NCBI RefSeq assembly: GCF_020745735.1
Contig: NC_083424.1
Location: forward strand, 12,510,999 to 12,574,998
Reading direction: 5' to 3'
Length of the DNA: 64,000 nt
Source: Hemiscyllium ocellatum
Taxonomy: Eukaryota
Shown here: positions 25,331 to 39,862 of the stretch, piece by piece
Numbering within the stretch: the first letter of the stretch is position 1
Layout of the letters: every line of letters begins with the position of its first letter
Made by a program: the position numbers and the translations under genes
The notes under the pieces: model-generated
The model's input: only the letters and a program-made list of their open reading frames with translations
Told to the model about the DNA's origin: nothing
Database searches by the model: none

Positions 25331-26124
25331 TTCTGCCTAACTTCAGGAAAAATCAATGCATATTCCATGGAGTAAAGGCCTTGACAACCGAGAACAGGGA
25401 TTTCCTTTCAACTTGGCCACTGTGTGACAAGTGGACTGGGCACCCATGTTCACATAGAATCCTGCCAGATTTCTTTGATTGAAAGCAAGGATTACCATAT
25501 CCACCCTGTCTCACTATTTCATCCGAGGTGTTCTGTGGGAGATTGCATGAAGCTGTGGAAACTCCCTTACCATCCTCCATCTGTGAATCCTGCCATCTCT
25601 TTATATTCAGATGACAAGATAGTCAAAATATTGGTTTGACCATCACATCACAAAAACAGCACCTCCAACAGTGCATGGTTTGCGTGAATAGCTCAGTGCA
25701 CAGTGGCGTGGTGGTTCAGTAGTTAGCACTGTAGCTTCACAGTACCAGGAAGTATTCAAGTTCAATTCTGTCCTTGGGTGACTGTTGTGTGGAGTTAGTA
25801 CATTCCTCCTGTGTCTGCATAGGCTTTCATCAGATGCTCCATTGTCTAAAGTAGTGTAGGTTAGTTTGGCTGGCTGTGATTAATTATCCATAGTGTCCAG
25901 GGATGTGTAGGCTAAGTGGAATAGCCCTGCTAAATCTGGATTACAGGGAATAGGAGTAAGCAGCTAGGTCTGGAGGGGATGCTCTTCAGAGGGTCAGTAC
26001 TGATTTGATGGGCTGAATGACCCCTGTCTGCAATTCTTGCGGAAGGGCTTACACCCAAAACGTTGACTCTCCTGTTCCTCGGATGCTGCCTGACTGCTGC
26101 ACTTTTCCAACACCACACATTTGT

Positions 26125-26439
26125 GGGCGGCACGGTGGCACAGTGGTTAGCACTGTTGCCTCACAGCGCCGGAGACCCGGGTTCAATTCCCGACTCGGGC
26201 GACTGACTGTGTGGAGTTTGCACGTTCTCCCCGTGTCAGCGTGGGTTTCCTCCGGGTGCTCCGGTTTCCTCCCACAGTCCAAAGATGTGCGGGTCAGGTG
26301 AATTGGCTATGCTAAATTGCCCATAGTGTTAGTTAAGGGGTAAATGTAGGGGTATGGGTGGGTTTCGCTTCGGCGGGTCGATGTGGACTTGTTGGGCCGA
26401 AGGGCCTGTTTCCACACTGTAAATCTAATCTAATCTAAT
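26125..26439 (+). mobile_element. HE1/V-SINE-like SINE (young)
   Basis: Full length with CpGs intact and (CTAAT)n tail. An older copy lies just upstream at about 25705-26035. Confidence 0.92.
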
Positions 26440-26495
26440 TTAGGCAATGTAGGGATTTTACCATTGTCAGAAAAATAATGATGAGCACAGCACTG

Positions 26496-26518
26496 GTGTG
26501 TGTGTGTGTGTGTGTGTG
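26496..26518. repeat. (TG)n microsatellite
   Basis: About 11 consecutive GT units. Confidence 0.9.
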
Positions 26519-29500
26519 AATTGTAAATTGCAGCACTCTTCTCAAATGGGATTCACCAGCAATTATTCAGAGTCAAAAAAAGGCACCTGGTCCAAGGCAA
26601 GTGGAATCCAAAATTGGCTTACTAATAGGAAGCAGCAGGTAATGTTGAAGGTTGTAGTGACAAAGCTGGTGTCTGATGGAATACTACTTGATTTGGTGCT
26701 GGTCCCTTGCTGTCTGTAGTGCACATTAAATGATCTGAGCACAAATATAGGATGCTTGACAAGTGAGTTTGCAGTTGACATGACAATTGACAGCATGGTA
26801 AATAGTAAGGACGAAAGCCTTAACCTACAATATATATTGGTCAGATGTGAAAAGGAATGGTAAATGGAATTTTATTCAGAAATTATGAGACAATGTATTT
26901 TGGGAGGACTGATAATGATGCCTCTGGGTGATAACATCAGGTTCAGCATGGAACTGAATGCCATCAGGACAAATCTTAAGACCATTTCTCTTCTTCCCTC
27001 CACTGTCACACTTCCTGCCAACCTGCAGTACTGGATGAGCAAGAATTTCCAGTTAAACATAGAGAAGACTTTAAATTGAAACTATGGTCTTTTATTCTTT
27101 CGATTAAAGACCAAAAGGGGGGGGAAAAAACTTCACAAAACTCTTTCCCACCCTGCCTCAGAACATTTCCTCATCAATGGCATTGTTACCTCCATTCTTT
27201 TAAACAAAAAAAGTTAATTCCTTCTGCACCTCCTTGAAACACTCCCTATGCAGATACAGCCCAGGGTTAGATAGTAAAGACCCCTCTATTCAATTGAACA
27301 GAAATTAAAACCCACTGCAATCTTTCAGACTAAAGATAACTGAAAAGTAAAGCTCCTTCCACTCTACACTTTACTCTCAGCTTAAAAGTTCCCTTGACAT
27401 TGTCCCCACCAAAACTCCCAGGACAGAGACATGTTACCTCTAGTCTGGACTATCCAAAATATTCCAAGATTGGGTCTCACTTCCAGTTTACATAGACTTG
27501 TGCTCACCCAGTCTCTGCAGTCCATATTAACTTGCACTAAGTTTTCACGAATCATTTTTGTGCTACCAGAGTTATAATTAGACAAGCAGGAGGCTGGGAG
27601 AACACAGCAAGCCAGGCAGCAGCGGGGATGGAGAAGTCAGCATTTTGGGTGTAACCCTTCTTCAGGACTGTGGGTGGGTGTAAGGGGAGCTGCAGATAAA
27701 AGGGGGTGGGGGGCAGAGTGGTAGGGTGGGGATAGGGGAAGACAGGTAGAGGGTACGACCTGGTTGGTCAACATGTTAGTGTCTAGCTGAGTTGTGTTAG
27801 TTCTCAGTGCAACACCTGCTTACCTGTTTGGAACAACCTCCATGGTCTTACCCTTAAAACCAAACTCTCTGCATTCCTCCAATTCCGGCATTGTACACTT
27901 TGATCTCTGCACTATTGGCAATTGTGCTTTCACGTGCCTCGATTGTAAGCTCGCAGACTTAAAGCATTTACAGCACAAAAGGAAGCCATTCAGCCCATTG
28001 TTCGTGGGCAAGCACACAAAGATCTGACTAAACAGGCCTCATTTTTTATTTCTTAGCCCATAGCCCAGAGGGAAACACAAAGGAATACCTGAACACTGCT
28101 TAAATGTTGGAGAATTTCTGACTCAACTACCCTTTCAGGCAGCAAGTTCTACACTAAACCACCCTCAGAAAAGATATTCTCAATTCTTAGCTTAGCTTTC
28201 TACCTCTTATCCCACTATGGTTATTGACCCTTCTACCAGTGGATAGGGCGACTTTCCTATCCACCATAACTTTGCAACACAAATTGCTAACCCGAAATAG
28301 CTGTGCCAGGGCTATTTGAACGTTACGGTGCAAATTTACCTTTTTTTTTTGACTCTGGATTATTGCTGGTGAATCCCATTTGAGAAGAGTGCTGCAATTT
28401 TATAGCAATTTGCAACTCCACGTTTTCCTGGTCACAAATTGCTAGGCTTTCCACACAAACACGCATCACAGCACTGCCGTGTGTGTGTCTCATCATTATT
28501 TTTCTGACAACTGTAAACTCTGAACAGTAAATTTATTTTCATGACCAATTACTTGAAGAGTCAAATAATTGCTCACCATAAACTGGAAGAACCAGTTGAA
28601 CAGGAGAACTGTCAGCAAACTTCAATAAGGCATCAGATTGTAGATTCATGACTAGGGTGACAGCAGATGGAAGCAGGAGGTCACTACAAATTGATAGCAA
28701 ACTGGTTACAGCAAATTAAAAGAATATTTGAGGGAGAAAGGAAGAGAGTTAGGTGAAGTAAGAAAGAGAAACTTTCTGTTCAGCAAAAACATCAGCAGCA
28801 TTTCATTGGATTAAATGCCACGTTTGTGTTATGTTATGCAAATTTGCAGCATCTACCCACCCACCTACTTAATAACCACAGGCACTTCCATCTTGAAGCC
28901 ATAGTATATTTTGATTCTTTGCTGTTGTTATGGGAACAGTTAATTAAGGATAGAGATTTCCTGATAAAACCTGGGATATGCACACAGATTGGCACGGAGC
29001 AAAAAACTTAAAGCTAAGCTTTCTGGGAAATCTTGGAGGTTATAAACAAGTTGACAGCTTCTTGTTATTGCAAGCATCGCGAGAAAGCAAGACAGATTGT
29101 TAAAATATTGGCATCATTGCCTGAACTTATTGACCTGTGGCAGCAGTTGATCTCAAGTTATTTTCCAAAGAACAGATTTACATTTGATCATTTTTGAGGC
29201 TTATATGGCTGTGGGAAGTGGAAGGGGCTAGGACATCATAGAGTGAGCAATACAGAGAGACACAGTTTTGATGTTAGTCAAGGGTTATTGTTCACTGGGC
29301 TAGCTAATTCATACCTCATAAAAACATCAGAAATATATTTTCTTCTGGTTGTGGTAATCCAAAGTAACAGTATATAATCCCTTACTATAATCTCTGACCT
29401 ATGGCTCACTGGTGGTACTCCCTTCTTAGGAAGAGGAAGTTGGGTGCTGGTGCATCGCTTCAGTGACCAGAGCATAATTAGATCAATACTTCAATTGCAT

Positions 29501-30706
29501 CATCAGAGGTGGTGCCTTTCAGATGAGATACTGGATAGAGACACCATGGATAATGATGACAACGAAGATTCTACAATAACGTACTCCAAGACCAAGAGAT
29601 CTGTCAGCATTTAATTCTCAAGCAACCTTTAAATCCTCAGTCAATATTACACAAAGCAGCTTGTCCTTTGTCACGTGCACATTTGAAACTAGACTTGAAA
29701 CATTCAGCTTCTTTATCTTAGCCCAAGATATCATGGCAGCAGCTCCTCAAGGTAGCATTCTCAACATCAACATCTTCAGCTTGTATCAATGAACTCCCCT
29801 CCAAAAAGATGATTGCACAAAATGTCCAGCAGCATTCTTGACTTCTCAGATGCTGATGCATGTATCTGTATGCAACAAGACCTGGACAACATTGAGGCTT
29901 GTGCTGCTAAGTAGCAAATAACATTTATGTCACACAAATGATGAGCACTGACCATCTCCAACTACAGGGTATGACCATTATCCCTCAACATTCACTGAAT
30001 TCTGTCCCCACTAACCCAACAACTCAACATCCGAGGTGTTGAAAGAAATTGAACTGGGACCCACAGTATTTATTATGGCTGTGGTCAAGAGCCAGTCAGA
30101 TTAGTAATACTACAGCAAGCAATTCACTTGACTCCATTTACCATGTACACCAGCTACAATAGCACAAGTCAAGAATATAATTGAATACTTCCTACATGGC
30201 TGAAGAGGAGTGCAGCTCCAACAACAAATTCAACATCTAGAACAAAAAGGAGAATGGGTGCACTGCAGATGCTGGAGATCAGAGTTGAGAGAGTGGTGCT
30301 GGAAAAGCATAGCAGGTGAGGCAGCATCCGAGGAACAGGAGAATCGATGTTTTGGGCATAAGCCATTCATCAGGAATGAGGCTTGTGGGCCAGGAGGCCA
30401 AGAGATAAATGAGAGGTGGGTAGGGTTGCAGGGTAGGGATGGTAGTATAGAAAGCGATAGGCCAGTGAAAGTATGGGAGAAGGTGAATTACAAAGTTAAA
30501 ATTTGATGCATCAAATCATATTACCCAAATATTGTACCAATCTGGGTGATTATAGTATTTCTGTCCCCATTAACCATCTAAAAATTAATGATATCACAAT
30601 CAACACAACCATTCCAGTTCTAAAATGTTAGACATTCATTAATATTGTGTATACTTACTGAACAAGCGATTAAAGACAGGAAAGTATAAGTGATTTTAAA
30701 AAATGT

Positions 30707-30739
30707 TTTATTCATCGAGAAAAAAGTGTTCAATTTATT
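30707..30739 (-). terminator. DGCR6: Candidate DGCR6 polyadenylation signals (two AATAAA)
   Basis: Plus-strand TTTATT at 30707-30712 and 30734-30739, at the end of about 1 kb of repeat-free AT-rich 3' UTR-like sequence. A proximal AATAAA is also present at 31663-31668. Confidence 0.5.
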
Positions 30740-31713
30740 GAAAACTTTGAGAATCATACAAATCAAAAACAAACCAAGTTAAAAATATATAACACTGATG
30801 AGCCAAAATGCTTTCCCAATTTAAACTGAACAAGTTAAATGAGTGTAGTAGCTGAATAAACAACCTTGGTAAGCTAGTCAGACTTGCCTGTAGGAATTTT
30901 ATGCAATCGTCCCCACTATATTACAGGTCATTATCTAGATGTATAAATAGATTATTTCACATAGCATTGAGACACTTACTCCATTTCAAGTATATCAAGT
31001 TAATGCCAACTGAAAGCAAAAGATTCCCATCCGCTAAGTGTGTAACATTGATATCAATATTCAAGCTTTTTAAGCAAAGATCACAATTTCTCTGTGAATC
31101 CACCATAACAAAAATAAGCTACTGAAAGTGGAAACTGCAGCCTCTCACACATCAGCATTTCATTTTCTTGCATTTGCTTTCCTTTCGCAAGATTTTCTGC
31201 TTATACAACGTGCACAGTTCGGTTACACTAATTCACATGATTCCTTTATGTCAACTTGCGCAACAAAAATAAATTGCATAAAAGATGTTCTTTGATACCA
31301 GTATCAGTTTTACCACTCAGTCACATTCCAGGATAAACATGGTAATATTACAGGAAGCTCTGCAAGTAGATGGTACCAATTAAACAATTCACTTTCCAAA
31401 AACCCGAGTGTCAAAAGGTGAGCAGATTTAATTTGGAGCATTTGAACCAAAATAGAGGAGTACAACTGCAATGTGTTTTATATTCCTCTCCTTGTGCACA
31501 TGTAATGTATAATGATTTGGCATCTGAATACAAGTTGAAATTTACAGACATCTTATCATATAACCAGAGTTAGAGTCAGGAGTTCCTGTATAAATAGCAT
31601 TTAGCAAACCTTTAGTATCGATTGTTCTGGCTTGTCATTTCAAATCTAGGGGTTGCTGGATGTTTATTAGATGAGCTTGACCACTTTGGATTTAAATCCA
31701 ATGACATACTACA

Positions 31714-31791
31714 TCAGCAACTCCCCGATTCACATACTTTCTGCTGCATTTTTAAGATCAGTTCCAACAAATTCATCTGTAAGGTCAGTTC
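31714..31791 (-). CDS. DGCR6: DGCR6 last coding exon (78 nt including stop)
   Basis: ELTLQMNLLELILKMQQKVCESGSC*. Acceptor TTTTACAG|GAA. The five exons sum to 591 nt = 196 aa plus stop. Confidence 0.94.
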   Translation of the reverse strand, partial: ELTLQMNLLELILKMQQKVCESGSC

Positions 31792-33967
31792 CTGTAAAAT
31801 AGAGAAACAAAACCATTTAGAACTTGGACCACTAAAAGCTTTGCCACAATGTCCTGTCATTGATAATATGCCACAACTGGCAGAAACTTGCATTGCTGAT
31901 TGTTTTGATCTCAAGGTGAGGCAAATTGGTGGACAAAAACAGCCAATACGATGCTTTAAAAAAAAATTGCAAAAATATAACTTACACTTGAAATTTGTTA
32001 ATCTTGGGCTAGCTTGGCTAATTTCTGGTGAATTGTTCCAAACTTAATGATACATACTCCAGTGAGTCTCTGATTTGGGGAAAATGTTCTTCCTGCAGTT
32101 AGGAAGCAAAATTCTACATACCTTTAAAAATGTAATGCAACTTGTTTTGGTAGGAAGAATGAGGAGGTCACGTATTCTTTGAAAAGCAAGTCCCTAAATG
32201 GGGTAGAGGTAGGAGGGGGAGCAAGGGCACAGTTACACAAATCACTAAAGTAGTGAAAAGGTGAATAAGGCCATTAAGAAAAATAAAATCACTGTGGTTA
32301 ATGTCCACAAAGACAATTGAAAATCAATTTAAAATTTGAATAGAAGCTCAGTTAGACTATGAATACACTGATCACTTCTGGTCCCTATATTTTTTTTTTA
32401 AAAAATGGCATTGAGGTGGCTCAAAGAAAGCCATGAGAACTGAGTGATGACTTCCCATGTAGATGATGTTGCGACACAGAGGGCTCTTTCCCTTCCAAAA
32501 ACCAAAGAGTGAGGGATGGCCAGATACAGGTCAAAAATTATGACAGCAGAAGATGTTGAGGGTGGGATCAGATGCTGGGGTCGTAAGATAATAGTCAGTA
32601 AATATGGAAATCCTTTCCTATTACCTGTTTCAAATTGAAAGTAAAGTTAATATTGTACAAGTATCCCACTAAAACATTGGTTGTTGGGAGCCAATAAAAG
32701 CTACAAGCAGCTATTCAAACATTGGTCTGACTACAGTAGACAGCTCTCATGTAACATGAACCTGGATATTCATAGATACTTTCCACACCTTCATTCAGGG
32801 GATGCAGGCTTTGCTAGTCAGGTCTTGAGAAGGTGGTAGTGAGCTACTGCACAAGATCATAAGACATAGCAGCGGAAGTAAGGCCATTCGGCCCATCGAG
32901 TCCACTCCGCCATTCAATCATGGCTGATGTGCATCTCAACTCCACTTACCAGCGTTCTCCCCGTAGCCCTTAATTCCTCAAGACAACAAGAATCTATCAA
33001 TCTCTGCCTTGAAGACAGTTAGCGTCCCGGCCTCCACTGCACTCCGTGGCAATGAATTCCACAGGCCCACCACCCTCTGGCTGAAGAAATGTCTCCGCAT
33101 TTCTGTTCTGAACTGACCCCCTCTAATTCTAAGGCTGTGTCCATGGGTCCTAGTCTCATCGGATCAAGAATCCCCACAATGCTGTTAGGGAGGGAGTTCT
33201 TGGATTTTGATCCAATGACAGCCAATGATACACAGTGATATATTTCCAAGTCAGGATGGCGACTGGCTTGGAAGGGAATTCAGGTTCCCTTGTATCTGTT
33301 GCCCTTGCCTTTCTGGGTTATACAGGTCATGGGTTTGGATCTGACTCAGGGGAAGCAGACCAGCTAAGCTAGTTAGAGAGTCTCCCTCTACTTCCAAAGG
33401 TTTCTCAACAGTAAGAAGAAAGTGTCATCTACGGCATATTTTTCTCCTTTCCTAAGAGGGGAATGGGACCAATCATAACATCGATACTTTCAATCAGTTC
33501 AGCAGGGTAGACATTAAACCCAGAACCTTTCAGCCCAACCATTTACAGCATAGGATAAACTCACAGCCAACAGGAAAGCAGAGTAACAGTGGTAGTGTGG
33601 CTTTAAAAATTCACAAAGAACATGAATATGAATAGATTACATACATACACGAGCACATTTTATTGTACTATTGCTGACAGCAAGCGTATGGATAATCAGC
33701 TCTAGTAACATCAAGGTCCGGTAACAAGCTACTCAGCAAGAATGCTCTTTGACCTGTTTGAGAGTTGTCTTCTCACCTTGTGTTATCCAAATATACAAGT
33801 TAACAGTACAATATTGACAGACTTTGGAGAGCAACTCAGGCTTGGAAGTCCAGAAGTAAATGTTTTTTTTTACATAAAACCCATTAGCATTAAGTGTAAT
33901 TGGTAAACAAAGAAAAGTGACCCAAAAAAATAAAGATTATACTAAACATCTTTGACAGGGGAGTCAC

Positions 33968-34108
33968 CTGAGGGTTTGTAGTAATGTAGAATCCTGGAAC
34001 ACCAGCCTTCTCCAGGGTGTTTTGCTGGTCAATCACTTTCTGATCCAGCTCCAAGACTATCTTCTCATCCATCATCCTTTGCTCATCCTTAACTCTCTGC
34101 TCCAAAGC
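33968..34108 (-). CDS. DGCR6: DGCR6 coding exon 4 (141 nt)
   Basis: [47 protein letters not shown]. Acceptor CCCTGCTAG|GCT, donor CAG|GTGACT. Confidence 0.96.
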
Positions 34109-34610
34109 CTAGCAGGGAAAGAAAAAAAAAAAGTGTTTAGAGCTCAAGCCCGTTTGGGTTAAAAGACAGGAGAAAAAGGAAAAAAAAAGAAAAATCACTA
34201 GCTCGGTTCTAAATCTTACAGCAATGGCAATGGAATGCAATTGTTAAAAAATACAAAAACAATTAAGTATTTCAAATCCAAGCCTTTGTTCGTTTAACCT
34301 TACTAAGTTTTGAATGCAGGAAAAAAATCACGTTTGTCTATTCCCCTGATGTATTACAACAATCAGACTACCCGTCAGCACTAGCATAGGTCTGAAGTAA
34401 ATTTCAGACTGAAGATAGCTCTCTCATCATGACGACTTGAAATCAATAAGTGACCAAATTTTAACAAGTGAAGCATATCCAATATAGTTCAACACTTCAG
34501 AATTAGCCTCTGAAAGTTAGCTCATCTTGTACAAAAACATTAGGCAAATCTAAAAAGCTTGGAGAAAGGATTAAAGCCATCGCAAAAGCAGGTTAACGCA
34601 AATCTTTTAC

Positions 34611-34711
34611 CTCCAGTTCCCTTTGCTGTGCTGCACGGAGCACTGCCATGTTGTGGGTCTTGCAGCTCTGTAGTGCCTCCTTGTGTTTTTTCAGCAACTC
34701 CTGTTTAAGCG
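34611..34711 (-). CDS. DGCR6: DGCR6 coding exon 3 (101 nt)
   Basis: ALKQELLKKHKEALQSCKTHNMAVLRAAQQRELE. Acceptor TTTTCTTAAAG|CG, donor GAG|GTAAAA. Confidence 0.93.
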
Positions 34712-35617
34712 CTTTAAGAAAATTTATTTTGTGTTTTTTTCTTGGAAGGAAATTTCATCAAGAAATACAATATTTTGGCACAACTGCTCCCCCCCTCTCC
34801 CCTGCCAAAGGGACTGTGCTGGTTTCCTGATCAACTTGTAAACTATGAACCTTTCCTTATGAAAAGCAGTGTATCATCTGTTTTGATATCGAGTTCTATA
34901 ATGGTTCTGTGAAATGTATTGCAATAAGAATATTTCACTCTGTAAAATGCATGTTACTAGAGCTTTAAATTTGTAATAAATAGCAGAGACGTATCTGTTA
35001 GAAATCATCATTTTCTCCCTGTTATAGGTTTTCTAAGTGAGTTGCTGCCAATCTGTTCACATTAGCTATTTACAAGGACCTCTTGCATGTGATGGCATTG
35101 TGCAATATCACTGAACTAGACCAGTAATCCAGAGGAGGAAAACTTCTTCAAGGCAGGTATCCTTGCAAGAGGATTCACAGTAGGGTTAAAATCAACGAGA
35201 TAAAATCCAGAGATCCAGGCTAATGCCTTATGGATACATGTTCAAACTCATCATTTGGATTTAAATTCAGTTAAGTATCCTAGAATAATTCTGGTAACGT
35301 CTTTGGACTAGTAAACCAGAATACCTAACTAGTGCCCAGGGTTCAAATCCCACCAAGGCAAATAGTGAAATCAGAATCCAATAAATGGAACTGGAATTAA
35401 AAGACATCTTCATGGTGACCATGTAACCACTGTCAATGGTAGTAAAAACAGTAGTGACCTTTAGGAAGGAAATCTGCCATCTTTGTGTGGTTTGGCCTGC
35501 ATGCGATTCCAGACCCACAGCTGGTTGGCTTTTAACTATGCAGAGACCCTTCTTCAGAACCATGACTGTCAAATCTGCTGAGTTTCTCCAGCAATTTCAG
35601 TTTCATTAAAAGATAAT

Positions 35618-35931
35618 GGGCGGCACGGTGGCACAGTGGTTAGCACTGCTGCCTCACAGCGCCAGAGACCCGAGTTCAATTCCCGACTCAGGCGACTGAC
35701 TGTGTGGAGTTTGCACATTCTCCCCGTGTCTGCGTGGGTTTCCTCCGGGTGCTCCGGTTTCCTCCCACAGTCCAAAGATGTGCGGGTCAGGTGAATTGGC
35801 CATGCTAAATTGCCCGTAGTGTTAGGTAAGGGGTAAATGTAGGGGTATGGGTGGGTTTCGCTTCGGCGGGTCGGTGTGGACTTGTTGGGCCGAAGGGCCT
35901 GTTTCCACACTGTAAGTCTAATCTAATCTAA
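35618..35931 (+). mobile_element. HE1/V-SINE-like SINE (young) in DGCR6 intron 2
   Basis: Full length, A and B boxes, V-domain, tail. Confidence 0.93.
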
Positions 35932-36732
35932 ATCATTGTTGGTCATGAAAATCTATATCTGGTTCACTAGTGTTCTTAAGAGAAGGAAATCTGTTCTTAG
36001 CTCACCTGACTTACCTGCAAATTCTCAAAATGTGCCATGAAGTGACCTAGCCAGCTACATATTTCAGGGGCAACAAAAAGAAGCTCATTTTAGTCCTATG
36101 ATACAGAATATGTTAAAATAAACAAATAGTAATGCTAATAGTTCACTGGGTTTTTTTGTGGTGCAGTAGGTAGTGTCTCTGCCTTTGAAAGAGAGCATCT
36201 TGGCTCAAATTTCACTGCAGGGTTTGACAGTAAAGGATGGTTATAAGGCTCGAGGCTATAAGGAGTGCTAAAACACACGTTGTCACAGCAACTAAAACAC
36301 CTCAAGGAACTGGTTGGCTAAGTTGGCTATGCTGTCAGCATGGGAAAGGTCAGTGCCAACTACATAGCATTCATTCTCCAGCTGTGGAGGATTTGGGATC
36401 TGTTTCTTCACGCTACACATTGTTGTTGCCTGAAGGCTGGGCTGACCTACAGGCCAACTGAAGATAAATATTGGTTCCTGCACCCCAATGCAGAAGTAGT
36501 AAACAGTAAAACCTGCTCAGAAAATAACATATACTGGTGAATTCAAAATGCAGAACCACCACATTCAATTACTTTTTTTTGAAAATCTGTTTTCTTTCCC
36601 CGGGTAGTCATTTCTGCCAAAAATATTTATTGTCTTTCATCAGAATCATTTGAGAGAAAATGTAAATTCCTCCTCCCCTTTTCATCTGTTAAAAGTTCAA
36701 TTTTCTATCTGGGACATCCACAAGCATGCTAC

Positions 36733-36893
36733 CTCTGTGCTCACTGTGCAGTTTTAGACGCTGGTTGTAGAGATTTTTCTCAGTCAGGTGCTGAATCTCG
36801 AGCAAACCCTGTACAATCTCAAAGACAGTGCCATCAATCAAAGCCAAGGCCAGATTACTTAATGTATCGTAGGATAATCGCTGCTGGCATGAG
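36733..36893 (-). CDS. DGCR6: DGCR6 coding exon 2 (161 nt)
   Basis: [53 protein letters not shown]. Acceptor TTTTTAG|C, donor G|GTAGCA; phases fit both neighbours. Confidence 0.96.
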
Positions 36894-38269
36894 CTAAAAA
36901 TAGAAAGAAAAAAGCGAAACATTTAAACACAGTCAGGATGCATGGGGGAAAAGAAAACAAAGAACACTTCAGGCAAACTTTGCATCCTAGCTTACAAAAG
37001 TACAGATAAAAGAGACTTAAAATGGTTAAAACCATGAGTCAACCAGACAGTTAATGGAATGATCTTTAAAACACTTCGTGGAAACAGATTAAATGGACAA
37101 ATTGGTGGTAACATGAGACAGTAGGAGACAATAATACATGTATTAAAAATAAGTGTGAATTTTCTTCTCATTATCATTGCTCTATCCTTTTTCAATACTA
37201 CTCACCTGTAAATCCCTATAGTATGGAAATAGGTCATTTGGCTCATCCAGTCAACACTGACCCCCCTCCCCAACAAAGACCATCCCATCCAGACCCATCC
37301 CAGTACCTTATCCCTGTCACCCTGCATTCCCCATGGCTAATTCACCTAGCCTGCACATCTCTGGACACCATGGGCATAACCAACCCACTTAACTTGCACA
37401 TCTTTGAATTAAGAGTGGAAATTGGAATACTCAGAGGAAATCCATACAGAAGCAGGCAGAATGTGTCAAGCTTGCACAAATCAATCAGTTGCCCATAGAA
37501 CCCAGATGCTGTGAGGCAGCAGTGACAGCCACTAGCCCCTATTGACGGTGGTTGCCCTGGAAGGGGAATTAAAAAAGGAGACTAGCTGCTGCTGCCATCA
37601 AATGGCAAATCAAAAAACAATACCCAATTGTTTTTCATAGAGAGCCACAATGAAAAAATTTCAAAAAAGCAAACATATTGTTTTTCTACAAAACATTTCA
37701 GACTGTGGTGCCCAAAGTTCAAACAAGACTTCAAGCGGGATAACAGTCGCCACTTGCTCCTAAGGGATTATCTGGGCACAGAAAATGCTGCAGAATATAG
37801 ACAGGCAACCAGAGTAATCACCACAACAGCTTACACCCTAGCAGTTGGCAGCCACTTTGGTTGGGCCCAGAGCAGATTCGACAGGCATCTCTAGCCCTGC
37901 CTAAAGTCCTATACTGAAAGGTAGGAGACTGGAGTGCAGCCATTTGAAACATATATCCCTCTTTAATGAAACAAAGGTTCAGAGCTGGACCATGGACAGA
38001 TGCAAACTACAAAAGTTACAGGCAGCTTGGAGTTAGTGAAGTTACTTCAACTCTTTTCGACCGAATTGTCCTATGCAATACTTCCACTAGAAGTGCAGTG
38101 GATGCTTCCAGCAATTGATCATCAGCCACATCTCATTATTGGATTCAATATCAGAGAGTGGAGAATGCAGTTTTACTCAGGGAAACCAAATTAGATTTGA
38201 TTTTTAGATACATCAATCACCTATTTCAAACCAGAAAAGCTACTAGATTTCCAATAATGCACAATTAAG

Positions 38270-38570
38270 ATAGGAAGGTCGCAGAAGCATTGGAAAAGGT
38301 GCAGAGGAGATTTACCCGGATATTGCCAGGTATGGAGGGAAGGTCTTATGAGGAAAGGCTGAGGGGACTGGAGGTTATCATTAGAGACAAGGTTGAAAGG
38401 TGACTTAATAGAGACATACAAGATGATCAGAGGATTGGATAGTGTGGATAGTGACAGCCTTTTTCCTTGGATGGTGATGCCTAGCATGAGGGGACAACTT
38501 TAAATTGAGGGGTGATAGATATAGGAGAAATGTCAGAGGTAGGTTCTTTACTCAGAGTAATAAGGCCATG
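38270..38570 (+). mobile_element. CR1 3' fragment (different subfamily) in DGCR6 intron
   Basis: EALEKVQRRFTRILPGMEGRSYEERLRGL. Confidence 0.75.
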
Positions 38571-39862
38571 AATGATAATAGAATAGTAGAGGTTAGATGG
38601 GCTTCAAATGGATTTCACAAGTCAGGTGCAGCACTGAGGGCTGAAAGGCCTGTACTGCGCTGCAATGTTCTTTGAGAACAAAAATTCGCATCCTTCAATG
38701 ATTCATGTATTGTGCTCACGAGATGGTGAGGATATAGAAGCAAACATATAGAAGTAGTAACTTCCCTGTTGTCTACATGCAGTAAGAAATGGAAAGATTT
38801 GATTACTGAACAGATTCTTTTTTAAAAAAGAAATTGCTAAAGGGATATTTTTTGTTGAACTGATCCAAGGTTGTGCTTTGCTAGTTGGAAGCAGCTTTTA
38901 TTGCCCATTTCTACTGGTCATTACATGTGCTTTCAAATTAGTGACCACTAAGTCTTACTTTTAAAATGAACTGCATGATGGGACAAGAGATGATATTTAT
39001 CAACAATTAAGGATATGAGACAGGATTCAAAAATACAGAGCTGGAGACTTCCAAATAGAGTTTGGACATTCAAAAAATCAGAGCCTTTAAAACCTTTGCA
39101 CAACCTCATGTCTCAAAATGTTTTTTTTTAAAAATGTTAAATTCATAGGATATGGTCTTTGCTGGTTGGGCCAATAGTTAATGCCCATCCCTAATTGCCC
39201 TTGAAGGTGGTAGCAAGTTGCACTCTTAAGTCACTGCAGACTATTTGGTGCTGTGCATATACCCACAATATTTTAGTCAATGAAGGGCACTTGATAAGGC
39301 AAATATTTTGTGCACAGCAAAATCCCAGAAACCACAATGTAATATTGGCCAGACAATTTGTTGCAATGTTGACTGGAGGATAAAATATTGGCTTGTACAC
39401 TGGGATAATTCCCTTGTTGATCTTAAAAATAATGCCAGTGATTTTTTTGTCCACCTAAAAAGGACAGACAAGGCATTGGTTTAACAGCTCATCTGAAATA
39501 TTGCATCTCTAACAAAGCAGTGCCCTCTTATTGCTATACTGATGCTTCAAATTTGACTTACACATTGAGGTCTTAGAGCACAAAATTTAAAATGTAAATA
39601 AACAATTACCAATTCTATGTTTTACTGGCCATTTTAAATGGAAGCAGCTGAAGTGTGTAAATCACATAAAAAATACAGATTAAAGGGATGAGGATTTAAA
39701 CTTATTATACATGTTTATTAATCAGATTTTCGAATATCGGTAGACTAGCCTAAAAAGAGAATCACAGCATTCAAGTCCCACCTGCTCCAGAGGTGAGTCA
39801 TAGCATTTCAGAACAGGTTGATCAAACATATCTAGAAATGTTTCAATTCACTGAGTTGCTAC

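Noticed and set aside
35618-35690. tRNA genes at SINE heads
   Set aside because: A and B boxes run directly into the V-domain body and LINE-like tail, so these are SINEs.
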